From an uncultured Bacilli bacterium (GTDB lineage: Bacteria > Bacillota_I > Bacilli_A > RFN20 > CAG-826), in the NCBI GenBank assembly GCA_944358985.1, contig CALVSI010000004.1:28102-92101 (forward strand): 64,000 bases of DNA, given 5' to 3'. Made by a program: the position numbers and the translations under genes. The notes beneath the pieces are model-generated. The model did not search any database. It saw only the letters and a program-made list of their open reading frames with translations, and was not told the DNA's origin. This document shows, in pieces, positions 21,469 to 30,903 of this stretch (positions are counted from its first letter, which is position 1; the number at the start of each line of letters is the position of its first letter).

Positions 21469-22850
21469 TTTTTTGTTGCGTTTTTATATAGTTGATATGT
21501 AGATGGGGTAATATCATCAATTTTAGCAATCTGGAATTTTTTTAAAATAACTTGTCCTAGTTTTGTTCCTTTTTTAACGTATTTTTTTGTTGTATAAACT
21601 ACCTCCGCAGCGGTTTTTTTGGATAAAATTAAACATATTTGCGCAGCGATATTTTTAATATTATCATCTTGGATTTCGCCTTTTACAATGACGTGTGCAC
21701 CAGGATTGTTATGAATATGGAAAAATATATCGTTATCTTTAGCTATATGAAATGTTAAATAATCATTTTGCAAGTCATTTTTTCCAAATAATATTTTGTT
21801 ATTACCAACTTTTATTTGATATGGATTAACCTTTTTTATAATTTGTTTTTCGTTTCTAGTGAAAGAGGCATCCTTAATTAAGTACGATTGCATTTGAAGT
21901 AAATCTTCTTCATCACCGTTTTCAAATTGTGATAGCAAATTATTGTAATAAATGACATCTTCGTTTGCTTTTTGCAGCTGTACATTAGCGTTTTCAATTT
22001 TGCTTTTTGCTTTTTTATAATATATGAAACATTTATTTGCTAGTTTTGTCAGCGGTAGTGTTTCATCATAGTTTTTATCATTATCAAGAAACATTTTTTT
22101 AATTTCGTCTTTGCTTAGATAATAGCAAGCATTTCCTAATTCTTGATATATTAAATCTTTTTTGCCTTTTTCAATTTCTTCTTTTATTATTGGAATTTTT
22201 TTATTTAAAATTTTTATTTTGTGGACAACAAAATTATAAAGACGATTAAATTTATCATATTTTCTTTGCCTAATCGCTTCGTAATATAAAGTTATTGCAT
22301 AATTTTTATAATCAGTAGGATTAATCTCACAATTTGTGTTTTTAACATTATTATTTGGTGGAAGAGAGTATGTTTGATTTATTAATAATGTTCTTTTAGA
22401 TAAAACATTTTCATTTTTTAATAACAATAAAACAGTGTATTTCTCATCGCATAATATTAGATTTGTTTTATTAAATATAAGCTCGATAATTAAATGGTAT
22501 TTTTTATAATCATATTCATCAATTTTTTTTGATAAATCAAAAACAATAATTTGATCGTTATTCAATCTTTTTATGTTAAAAATATAACTATCCTTGATAA
22601 AATGTCGAAATTTAAAAGCGATATCTTTCTCTAAATTTGAAACATTTTTTTCTTTTTTAAATAAACCAATATATGGATTATTGTTTTTTAGATTAATTAA
22701 AAGATCATCATTTCGGTTGTAAGAAAAAGATAAAACAACGCAGTCAAGACTGATGAAAGTAAAATTTGTTATGTGATTACCATCTAATTTTGTTTTTAGC
22801 TCATCGCATATTGAAGAAAAATTGTTTTTTAAAAATAAATTTATTTTCAT
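21465..22850 (-). CDS. rqcH: NFACT-family ribosome quality-control protein (RqcH/FbpA-like), short form
   Basis: C-terminal NFACT-R motif DIFFHIHNNPGAHVIVKG and a central coiled coil. Start placed at the 4th-codon ATG (22850). Confidence 0.6.
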   Translation of the reverse strand: MKINLFLKNNFSSICDELKTKLDGNHITNFTFISLDCVVLSFSYNRNDDLLINLKNNNPYIGLFKKEKNVSNLEKDIAFKFRHFIKDSYIFNIKRLNNDQIIVFDLSKKIDEYDYKKYHLIIELIFNKTNLILCDEKYTVLLLLKNENVLSKRTLLINQTYSLPPNNNVKNTNCEINPTDYKNYAITLYYEAIRQRKYDKFNRLYNFVVHKIKILNKKIPIIKEEIEKGKKDLIYQELGNACYYLSKDEIKKMFLDNDKNYDETLPLTKLANKCFIYYKKAKSKIENANVQLQKANEDVIYYNNLLSQFENGDEEDLLQMQSYLIKDASFTRNEKQIIKKVNPYQIKVGNNKILFGKNDLQNDYLTFHIAKDNDIFFHIHNNPGAHVIVKGEIQDDNIKNIAAQICLILSKKTAAEVVYTTKKYVKKGTKLGQVILKKFQIAKIDDITPSTYQLYKNATKN

Positions 22851-22857
22851 GAAACAC

Positions 22858-22866
22858 ATTTTACCA
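22858..22866 (-). promoter_or_regulatory. Extended -10 TGGTAAAAT, 7 nt upstream of the rqcH ATG; candidate leaderless promoter
   Basis: Minus strand reads TGGTAAAAT-GTGTTTC-ATG with no Shine-Dalgarno sequence. Confidence 0.4.
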
Positions 22867-22928
22867 ACATTTTTAAAAAAATATAAGTATATCTATGAGA
22901 CAAATTGTCTCTATATAATTAAGTTTGT

Positions 22929-22957
22929 TTGACTACTTCTAATAATGCACGTATAAT
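22929..22957 (+). promoter_or_regulatory. Near-consensus sigma-A promoter TTGACT-17-TATAAT for gmk
   Basis: -35 at 22929-22934, -10 at 22952-22957. ATG at 22972 implies a roughly 7-8 nt leader without a Shine-Dalgarno sequence. Confidence 0.5.
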
Positions 22958-22971
22958 CAAATCAATTATTT

Positions 22972-23556
22972 ATGAAAAAAGGTTTATTAATTATTTTAAG
23001 TGGTCCAAGTGGAGTCGGGAAAGGTACGATACGAAAAAAAATTTTTTCTAATCGCAAATTAAATCTTGTCTATTCAATATCGATGACTACACGTGAGCCA
23101 AGACCAAGAGAAATACCTAATGTCGATTATTATTTTGTTAGCGAAAAACAATTTCTAGATAATATTAAAAAAGATAACTTTTTAGAATATTGTCGATTCG
23201 TGGGAAATTATTACGGCACACCAAAAGATAAAGTCGAACAGTGGTTAGATCAAGGAAAAAATGTATTATTGGAAATCGAAATAAATGGTGCGAATCAAGT
23301 ACTAAGCAAAGTTAAAGGTGACAATGTTGTTTCAATATTTCTTTTGCCCCCATCTTTAGAAGAATTAGAAAAAAGAATTCGCCTAAGAAAAAGTGAAACT
23401 GAAGATATTATCAAAGAAAGATTAGAAAAAGCACGCAAAGAAATTAATAAAACCGAAGGCTATGATTACATTGTTATTAACGATGATTTAAAGCGTACCA
23501 GCGAAGAAATTACTAATATTATTTTAAATAAAATAAAAACGTTAGATAATAAGTAG
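22972..23556 (+). CDS. gmk: Guanylate kinase
   Basis: LSGPSGVGKGT P-loop and a conserved Gmk core. Confidence 0.93.
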   Translation: MKKGLLIILSGPSGVGKGTIRKKIFSNRKLNLVYSISMTTREPRPREIPNVDYYFVSEKQFLDNIKKDNFLEYCRFVGNYYGTPKDKVEQWLDQGKNVLLEIEINGANQVLSKVKGDNVVSIFLLPPSLEELEKRIRLRKSETEDIIKERLEKARKEINKTEGYDYIVINDDLKRTSEEITNIILNKIKTLDNK

Positions 23557-23559
23557 TGT

Positions 23560-25755
23560 ATGAAGATATTACAAGTCTTAATTCAACACACCACTTTAAA
23601 ACTTAATAGACCCTTTACTTATGTCTATTTAGGTAATAAAAAAGTTGAGCGTGGTTTTCGCGTTCTCGTTGATTTTCATAATCAAAAACTTGTTGGCTAT
23701 ATTGTCGATATTTGCAATAGCTATTCAACAAAACAAGAACTTGAAGAAAAAACTGGTTTAAAAATAAATGATATAATCGATGTCATCGATGATAACGCTT
23801 TATTAGATGATAATCTTCTTATTTTGGCAGACAAGATCGCTGATTATTATTTAGCTAGTAAAATAAGTGTGTTGCAAACGATGCTTCCACCTACTTTAAA
23901 ACCGTCCTTATCGTCTTTAAAAGCACCTAAAATTGCCTATGATGAATATGTTTATGTTGTTGATACCAGCGAAGAAGATTTAACACCAAAGCAAATTGAA
24001 CTCTTGCGGTTTTTAAAAAATAATAATGAAATTTTAAAAAAAGATATCAAATCTAAATCTATTTTAAAAAAATTAATTGAAATTGGCAGGGTTAAAATAA
24101 AAAAAGTAGAAAAATCTCGCCTTGTTTTAGATTTAAAAATAACTGGATATGAAAAGCAGTTAAATAAAGATCAACAATTAGTATTTGATGAGTTTTTTCA
24201 AAGTAACGATAAAATTTTCTTGTTGCAAGGTGTCACCGGTTCTGGAAAAACTGAAGTATATTTACATATAGCAAAGCAAATCTTATCAGAAGGAAAAACA
24301 GTGCTAATATTAGTTCCAGAAATTTCATTAACGCCGATGATGACCCAATATTTCTACAATAGATTTTCTAATGAAGTAGCGGTTTTGCATAGTGAACTAA
24401 CAAGTGCAGAAAAATATGATGAATATCGAAAGATAGCCAGCGGTAAAGCAAAAATTGTTATTGGAGCAAGAAGTGCGATTTTTGCACCTTTAAAAAAACT
24501 CGGACTCATTATCATCGATGAAGAGCATTCTGAATCATATAAGCAAGATAATTTGCCCTTTTATGATGCACGCCAAGTGGCAATTTTTCGTAGTCAAATC
24601 GAAGGCTGCCGTCTTATTTTAGCAAGCGCCACTCCTAGTTTAGAATCTCGGGCAAGAGCAAGTAAAAATGTTTATCATCTTTTGCGTTTGAATAAAAGAA
24701 TTAATCATCAGATTTTACCAACCACGACGATTATAAATATGCTAGATTATCAAAATATTGACCGCGAATCTTATATATTTTCAAAGACTTTACGAAGTGA
24801 GATAAGAAAAAAATTAGATAAAAATGAGCAAATTATTTTACTAATTAATAGAAGGGGATATTCGACTAGTTTTGCTTGTCGAAGTTGTGGCCATGTTTTT
24901 AAATGTCCTTCTTGTAATGTGGCTCTTACTTATCATTACGATGATAAAATGCTTAAGTGCCATCATTGCGATTATGTCGAATTAGAGCCAAGCGAGTGTC
25001 CAAAGTGTGGAAATAATCATTTTATTAAAATTGGTTTTGGAAGCGAAAAAGTTTATGAAGAAGTTAAAAAATTATTTCCAGACGCGAGAGTTTTACGTTT
25101 AGATAGTGATAACGCTAAAATTAAAAAAACTATTAAGAAAACACTAGAAAGCTTTAAAAATCATGAAGCAGATATTTTAATTGGCACTCAAATGATTGCC
25201 AAAGGTCATGATTTTGAAAACGTCACGTTAGTCGGTATTGTTTTAGCGGATATTGGTTTAAACAAGCCATCATATCGCAGCAGTGAAAAAACATTTCAAT
25301 TAGTTACGCAAGCTATCGGTAGAAGTGGTAGAGGTAACAAAAAAGGAGATGCGATTATTCAAACCTATTCTCCAAGCCATTATGCAATCACGTTCGCTGC
25401 TAGACAAAATTACGATTTATTTTATCAAAAAGAAATTCAAGTAAGAAAAGAAGGATATTATCCTCCATATTGCTATATGGCTCGCATTTCCATTAGTGGA
25501 AAAAACGAATCGACAGTTGTTGAAAATGCTTACGTTTTGTCTTTGAAATTAAAAGAAAAATTTCTTGCAAATGGTGATATAATCGGACCATCGTCTCCAT
25601 ATGTTCCAGATTTTGGAAATAATTTTACTCGAGTAATTTTAGTTAAGTATAGAGATATCAAACTTGCTAACAATATATTTAAGGAAATTTTGGTTCCTCT
25701 TGTAGAAGGATCAAATTTAAAACTATCTTTAAACATCGATCCATATGATTTTTAA
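23560..25755 (+). CDS. priA: Primosomal replication restart helicase PriA
   Basis: Walker A GVTGSGKTEVY, IIIDEEH box, and Cys-rich zinc region CRSCGH..CPSC..CHHC..CPKCG. Confidence 0.93.
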   Translation: MKILQVLIQHTTLKLNRPFTYVYLGNKKVERGFRVLVDFHNQKLVGYIVDICNSYSTKQELEEKTGLKINDIIDVIDDNALLDDNLLILADKIADYYLASKISVLQTMLPPTLKPSLSSLKAPKIAYDEYVYVVDTSEEDLTPKQIELLRFLKNNNEILKKDIKSKSILKKLIEIGRVKIKKVEKSRLVLDLKITGYEKQLNKDQQLVFDEFFQSNDKIFLLQGVTGSGKTEVYLHIAKQILSEGKTVLILVPEISLTPMMTQYFYNRFSNEVAVLHSELTSAEKYDEYRKIASGKAKIVIGARSAIFAPLKKLGLIIIDEEHSESYKQDNLPFYDARQVAIFRSQIEGCRLILASATPSLESRARASKNVYHLLRLNKRINHQILPTTTIINMLDYQNIDRESYIFSKTLRSEIRKKLDKNEQIILLINRRGYSTSFACRSCGHVFKCPSCNVALTYHYDDKMLKCHHCDYVELEPSECPKCGNNHFIKIGFGSEKVYEEVKKLFPDARVLRLDSDNAKIKKTIKKTLESFKNHEADILIGTQMIAKGHDFENVTLVGIVLADIGLNKPSYRSSEKTFQLVTQAIGRSGRGNKKGDAIIQTYSPSHYAITFAARQNYDLFYQKEIQVRKEGYYPPYCYMARISISGKNESTVVENAYVLSLKLKEKFLANGDIIGPSSPYVPDFGNNFTRVILVKYRDIKLANNIFKEILVPLVEGSNLKLSLNIDPYDF

Positions 25756-25838
25756 ACTAAATCATTATAATTGAATTATTTTTTAAAAAATATTTTAAAA
25801 AACTTTATTAATTATATAATATTAGTGTGAGGTAGACT

Positions 25839-26282
25839 ATGGTAGTTATTTATGTTTATGGTTTAGACCAATTTGTTGTTGGCGATATCTCTGGAGAGAT
25901 TAGTAAGAATTTGGCCAATCTATATGAAGTGGATATTGACGAAATAAATTTTGTCGCGGTTAATAATATGGTATTTCATAACGGAGTTGAACAAACAAGC
26001 TGGCATACTATTATAAGAGTAGTTGCTCCTGAAGTTTGTCATGTTTTGCAAGATAAAATTAAAAATTATCTTATTGAATGCTTTAAAGATTATACAATTA
26101 ACATTGAAATTTATTTTGAATATTTTCATAACCACGATCATATTTTACATATTAACGAAGATTATCCAAGATATATGAGCGAAAAAAATGTTGTCGAAAT
26201 CGATGATGAATATGACGAAGATGAAGAAATTTTTGATGGCAACATTTTTGAAGATTTCAATAAGCATTTTCATAACGATTAG
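25839..26282 (+). CDS. Hypothetical small protein with acidic/His-rich tail (possibly DUF1904-like; from memory, unverified)
   Basis: 147 aa with a GAGGT Shine-Dalgarno sequence. C-terminus is rich in D/E and His. No enzyme motif recognised. Confidence 0.35.
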   Translation: MVVIYVYGLDQFVVGDISGEISKNLANLYEVDIDEINFVAVNNMVFHNGVEQTSWHTIIRVVAPEVCHVLQDKIKNYLIECFKDYTINIEIYFEYFHNHDHILHINEDYPRYMSEKNVVEIDDEYDEDEEIFDGNIFEDFNKHFHND

Positions 26283-26293
26283 AGGTGATATTT

Positions 26294-27568
26294 ATGGAAT
26301 CATTAAATGCAGCACTGACAGTTTTGCAAGATATTATTGCAAATAAAACATCTTTTCATAGTGCGTTGAAAAAATGTTTTGACAGCATTGATAAAAATAA
26401 AATCTCCAGCGGAGATGTAAGTGCTTTATGCGGATGTTATTTGCGTCACTATATCGTGTTTAATACGATATTTGATAAATATTTCTCTAACGCAAAAGAT
26501 AATACAAAAATCGCTATGGGATTATGTTTTGCGAATGCTTTATTTTTAAAGCGTTTAAATAGTGATGATTGTTTAAAATTTGTTATTGATGTAGCAAAAA
26601 ACGATAATTATGAGTTAAACATTGATGACTTTAAAAATCTTTTAGAGAAGAAAGTCAATGGCGAACCATTAATAAACCCAGATTTAAACAAAATTTCTTA
26701 TGAATTTATTAGCCAAAGATACAATGTCAATGAATGGCTTTGCAAGATGTGGACTAATCAATTTGGTAAAAATAAAGCGATAAAAATTGCTCGTGCAAAT
26801 ACAAGGACTGCACCTATTTATTTACAAGTGAATACATTACTTTGTGATAAAAAAACTTTGTTAGAAAGTTATAAAGATGAATTTATAGATACGGCAAAAA
26901 ATGATTTGCTAATTTATAACAAAAAAGATTCTATTAGAAGAAAACAATACATTGTCACAAATAAAGCGGTAATAATTTCTCCAATCATCAAAGAAGTTTT
27001 AGACAAGATAGATATCGATGTTTTAAAACCCGTTTATTTGTACTCCGGATACGCTAATGGAAATGTCTTTTTAAATTTATCTTTTAGATTTTTAAATAAC
27101 CTTCATATCGATAATTTTATTACACCAAATAAAGATTTATTTACTATTACACCGATTGTTAACCGCTACCAGTTAAAAAATATTAACACTATCGAATGCA
27201 CTCCAAGCGGACTTATAACTGCTATATCTAGCAAAACACCTTTGTTTGTAGTGATGCCTGATTCTAGTAATTTTTATCGTTTGAGAAATGAACCAGATTA
27301 TTTCTTAAATTTTGATAAAAATAGTTTGGATGATTTAATCACGAAGCAAAAAGAAACTATCCAAGAATGTTCAAAATATGTTGAAGATGACGGATTGCTA
27401 GTTTATTTTGTCAACACAATCGACCGAAAAGAAGGTCAACTAATCGTCTTAGATTTTTTAAGCAAAAATAAACAATTTACCTTGCTAGATGATAGGCAAT
27501 GTTTCCCATTTGAAGAAGAGGGCGATTCGATTTATTATGCAATTTTAAAAAAGGCTAAAATTAACTAA
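26294..27568 (+). CDS. RsmB/Sun-like protein with degenerate methyltransferase motifs
   Basis: NusB-like N-terminus. Sits in the rsmB slot upstream of rlmN. Catalytic-Cys positions read MPDSS and VYFVNT. Start at ATG 26294, after AGAGG. Confidence 0.6.
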   Translation: MESLNAALTVLQDIIANKTSFHSALKKCFDSIDKNKISSGDVSALCGCYLRHYIVFNTIFDKYFSNAKDNTKIAMGLCFANALFLKRLNSDDCLKFVIDVAKNDNYELNIDDFKNLLEKKVNGEPLINPDLNKISYEFISQRYNVNEWLCKMWTNQFGKNKAIKIARANTRTAPIYLQVNTLLCDKKTLLESYKDEFIDTAKNDLLIYNKKDSIRRKQYIVTNKAVIISPIIKEVLDKIDIDVLKPVYLYSGYANGNVFLNLSFRFLNNLHIDNFITPNKDLFTITPIVNRYQLKNINTIECTPSGLITAISSKTPLFVVMPDSSNFYRLRNEPDYFLNFDKNSLDDLITKQKETIQECSKYVEDDGLLVYFVNTIDRKEGQLIVLDFLSKNKQFTLLDDRQCFPFEEEGDSIYYAILKKAKIN

Positions 27569-28617
27569 TGATTAATTTATATTCGCTAACAATTGATAAA
27601 TTAGAAAAATTAGTTCTCGAAGATGAACAAAAAAAATACCGAGCAACTCAATTATATATTTGGCTTTATGAAAAAAGAGCCAATGATTTTGATATGATGA
27701 GCGATATTTCTTTGCGTTATCGTGAAGTTTTAAAAAACAAATATTGTCTTAATTTACCAACTATTGATACAAAACAAGTTGCAAGCGATGGAACCATCAA
27801 ATTATTGTTGAATTTAAGCGATGAAAATAAAATTGAAACAGTATTAATGCGATATAGTTATGGAAATGTCGTCTGTGTTTCTAGCCAAGTTGGTTGCAAT
27901 ATGGGATGCGCTTTTTGTGCTTCTGGATTATTAAAAAAGAAAAGAAATTTAACTGTTGATGAGATGGTTGGACAAGTTATGGTTATTGATAATTTGTTAA
28001 AAGAAGAAGACCCCCAAAAAAGAGTTACACATATTGTCGTAATGGGAACAGGTGAGCCATTTGATAATTATGATAATGTTATGGATTTTGTACGTATTTG
28101 TAATCATCCTAAAGCATTTGCTATTGGCGCTAGACATATAACAATTTCAACATGCGGACTTGTCGACAAAATAATTCAATATTCAAAAGAAGGATTACAA
28201 ATCAACCTTGCGGTTAGTTTACACGCTAGCAATGATGAAATACGTAATAAATTGATGAAAATTAATAAAGTTTATCCTTTAAAAGAATTAATTGCTGCTT
28301 GCAAAGAATATGAAAAAAACGCTAATCGACGATTAACTTTTGAATATATTTTATTAAAAGATGTCAATGACTCTTTACAAAACGCTGATGAATTAGCAAA
28401 ATTAATACATGGGATGTTAAGTTATGTTAATCTCATACCATATAATTGTGTCGATGAAAAAGATTTCAAACGAAGTGATAATAAAACTGTCAAAGCATTT
28501 TTAAATCGTTTGATAAAAAATGGTGTTACGGCAACTATTAGAAAAGAATTTGGTAGTGATATTGATGCAGCATGTGGACAATTGAGAGCTAAACGATTAA
28601 TAAAAGATGAAAAATAA
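27568..28617 (+). CDS. rlmN: 23S rRNA/tRNA A2503 methyltransferase RlmN (radical SAM)
   Basis: CNMGCAFC radical-SAM cluster and C-terminal DIDAACGQL. Confidence 0.93.
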   Translation: MINLYSLTIDKLEKLVLEDEQKKYRATQLYIWLYEKRANDFDMMSDISLRYREVLKNKYCLNLPTIDTKQVASDGTIKLLLNLSDENKIETVLMRYSYGNVVCVSSQVGCNMGCAFCASGLLKKKRNLTVDEMVGQVMVIDNLLKEEDPQKRVTHIVVMGTGEPFDNYDNVMDFVRICNHPKAFAIGARHITISTCGLVDKIIQYSKEGLQINLAVSLHASNDEIRNKLMKINKVYPLKELIAACKEYEKNANRRLTFEYILLKDVNDSLQNADELAKLIHGMLSYVNLIPYNCVDEKDFKRSDNKTVKAFLNRLIKNGVTATIRKEFGSDIDAACGQLRAKRLIKDEK

Positions 28618-29371
28618 AGTTATTGGTACATATTGTTTCAAAACAGATTTAGGGCGTATTCGCATTACAAACGAAGACCAAGCTATTGCATTAACTAATG
28701 CTCATGGTGATGTTATGCTTTTAGTTTGTGATGGAATGGGTGGACAAAATCATGGTGATCTTGCTTCCCGACTTTGCAAAGATATCATTGTTGAAGAATT
28801 TAATAAAACTAAATTTTTGAATATGCCAGCAGTTTTTGTCAAGATGTGGTTAAAAACTATTATTAAAAAAGCCAATAGTGCTGTTTATGATGAAAGCATT
28901 AGAAATCCGATTTATAAGGGAATGGGTACAACTTTAACCTTAGCTCTTGTTCGAAAAAATAGTTTAATTATCGCTCAAATTGGCGATTCAAGAGCCTATG
29001 TTTTAACAAAAGACAATAAATTAAAGCAATTGACAAATGATCAAACATATGTGGCTTATCTTTATCGAAGTGGACAAATTAAAGAAAGCGATATGAAGAC
29101 ACATCCAAAACGACATGTTTTATTAAATGCACTAGGCATATATCCAAGTATTAGCGTTGATATTATTACATACAAATATAACAAAGAACCTGTTTTGTTA
29201 TGTAGTGATGGATTATATAACAATATTCCAGTATCAGATATTGAATCAATCATTTCATTAGACGACACACCTCAACAAAAATGTGATGAATTAATATCTT
29301 TAGCAAACGCAAATGGGGGTAGTGATAATATCGCTATTGTGTATTGGGAGGCATCTATTCATGGCTATTAA
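28607..29371 (+). CDS. stp: PP2C-family Ser/Thr phosphatase
   Basis: VCDGMGG, GDSRAY and GGSDNIA motifs. Paired with the kinase gene downstream. Confidence 0.9.
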   Translation: MKNKVIGTYCFKTDLGRIRITNEDQAIALTNAHGDVMLLVCDGMGGQNHGDLASRLCKDIIVEEFNKTKFLNMPAVFVKMWLKTIIKKANSAVYDESIRNPIYKGMGTTLTLALVRKNSLIIAQIGDSRAYVLTKDNKLKQLTNDQTYVAYLYRSGQIKESDMKTHPKRHVLLNALGIYPSISVDIITYKYNKEPVLLCSDGLYNNIPVSDIESIISLDDTPQQKCDELISLANANGGSDNIAIVYWEASIHGY

Positions 29372-30245
29372 ATTTGGTAGTATTGTTGATGAAAGATATA
29401 AAATAACTAGCCGCGTTGGACATGGCGGTATGGCGGAAGTTTATGAAGGTGTCGATATTATTAATAAAAAAAGCGTCGCTATTAAATTTATTCGCGAAGA
29501 TGTTATGTCTAATCCGGTTAATTTAAAAAGATTTGAAAATGAAGCGAGTATTGTTGCTCAATTAAACGATCCTAACATTGTTAAAATATATAATCATGGT
29601 ATTGTTGAGGGAAGACCTTATATCGCATATGAATTTATAAATGGTCAGTCTTTAAAAGAAGCTTTGGATTTCCGTACTAGATTTTCTTTGCAAGAATCTG
29701 TTGATATAATGTTGCAACTCACTAGTGCTTTAAAATGTGCACACGATCACTTTATTATTCATCGTGACATAAAGCCAGATAATATATTCATTATGGCGGA
29801 TGGAACTATTAAACTCGGAGATTTTGGTATTGCTCAAGTTGACACTATCCGTTCAAATTTAACTTCCACAAATGAAGTCGTTGGTTCTGTTCATTATATG
29901 GCACCAGAAATTGCTCAAGGCAAACCTGCAACAACAAAATCTGACATTTACGCTGCGGGAGTGACATTTTATGAATTGTTATCTGGTCATTTGCCTTTTG
30001 AAAAATCTAACCCGGTTGATGTTGCGGTCAGCCAAGTTAAAGATAAATTTCCTTCGATTAAAAAATATGTTGTAAATTGTCCAAAAGAAATTGAAAGAAT
30101 AATTGATAAAGCGACAAGGAAAAATCCAAAAGATCGTTATAACGACGTGATGGAAATGCACGATGATTTATTAAAAATCAAGCAAAATCCTTCTCTTTTA
30201 AAAGAAAAAAAATCTTTTTTAAGTCGCTTATTTGGGTTTAAATAA
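29361..30245 (+). CDS. prkC: Hanks-type Ser/Thr protein kinase, kinase domain only
   Basis: HRDIKPDN, DFG and APE motifs. Start at ATG 29361, after GGGAGG. About 294 aa with no TM or PASTA region. Confidence 0.88.
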   Translation: MAIKFGSIVDERYKITSRVGHGGMAEVYEGVDIINKKSVAIKFIREDVMSNPVNLKRFENEASIVAQLNDPNIVKIYNHGIVEGRPYIAYEFINGQSLKEALDFRTRFSLQESVDIMLQLTSALKCAHDHFIIHRDIKPDNIFIMADGTIKLGDFGIAQVDTIRSNLTSTNEVVGSVHYMAPEIAQGKPATTKSDIYAAGVTFYELLSGHLPFEKSNPVDVAVSQVKDKFPSIKKYVVNCPKEIERIIDKATRKNPKDRYNDVMEMHDDLLKIKQNPSLLKEKKSFLSRLFGFK

Positions 30246-30249
30246 GTAT

Positions 30250-30903
30250 ATGAAAGACATTAAGATTTCTGCATCCATTTTAAATAGCGATTTTTTAAAT
30301 CTTGAACAAGAAATTAATCGTGTAAAACCATACACAAATTGGATTCATTTCGATGTGATGGACGGCCATTTTGTCGATAATATCTCGTTTGGTTTTCCTG
30401 TTTTAGAATGTTTAAAAAATGATGATACGATTATAAAAGATGTTCATATCATGATTGATAATCCTCTTCATTTTTATAAAAGATTTACAAATTGTAATAT
30501 TGATTATTTAACTTTTCATTACGAAGCTTTAAATTCTGATAAAGAAATATTTGATTTAATTGAAAAAATAAAAGAAGAAAATGTCAAAGTTGGTATATCA
30601 ATTCGACCAAATACTAAAATTGAAAATATTAAGAAATTTTTGCCTCTTGTTGATTTGATTTTAATTATGAGTGTCGAACCTGGTTTTGGTGGCCAAAAAT
30701 TTATGTTTAATTGTTTATCAAAAGTTTTATATTTAGATTATTATCGCTTGACTAATAATATGAATTTTCTTATTGAAGTTGATGGGGGAATAAACAATCA
30801 AAACATTCAATTATTAAAAGAAGTAGGGTGTGATATTGCTGTTGTCGGTTCATATTTATTTAAAAGCGATGATTTAAAAAAAACATTTGATAGTTTGAAA
30901 TGA
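30250..30903 (+). CDS. rpe: Ribulose-phosphate 3-epimerase
   Basis: HFDVMDGHFV, MSVEPGFGGQKF and EVDGG motifs. Confidence 0.92.
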   Translation: MKDIKISASILNSDFLNLEQEINRVKPYTNWIHFDVMDGHFVDNISFGFPVLECLKNDDTIIKDVHIMIDNPLHFYKRFTNCNIDYLTFHYEALNSDKEIFDLIEKIKEENVKVGISIRPNTKIENIKKFLPLVDLILIMSVEPGFGGQKFMFNCLSKVLYLDYYRLTNNMNFLIEVDGGINNQNIQLLKEVGCDIAVVGSYLFKSDDLKKTFDSLK

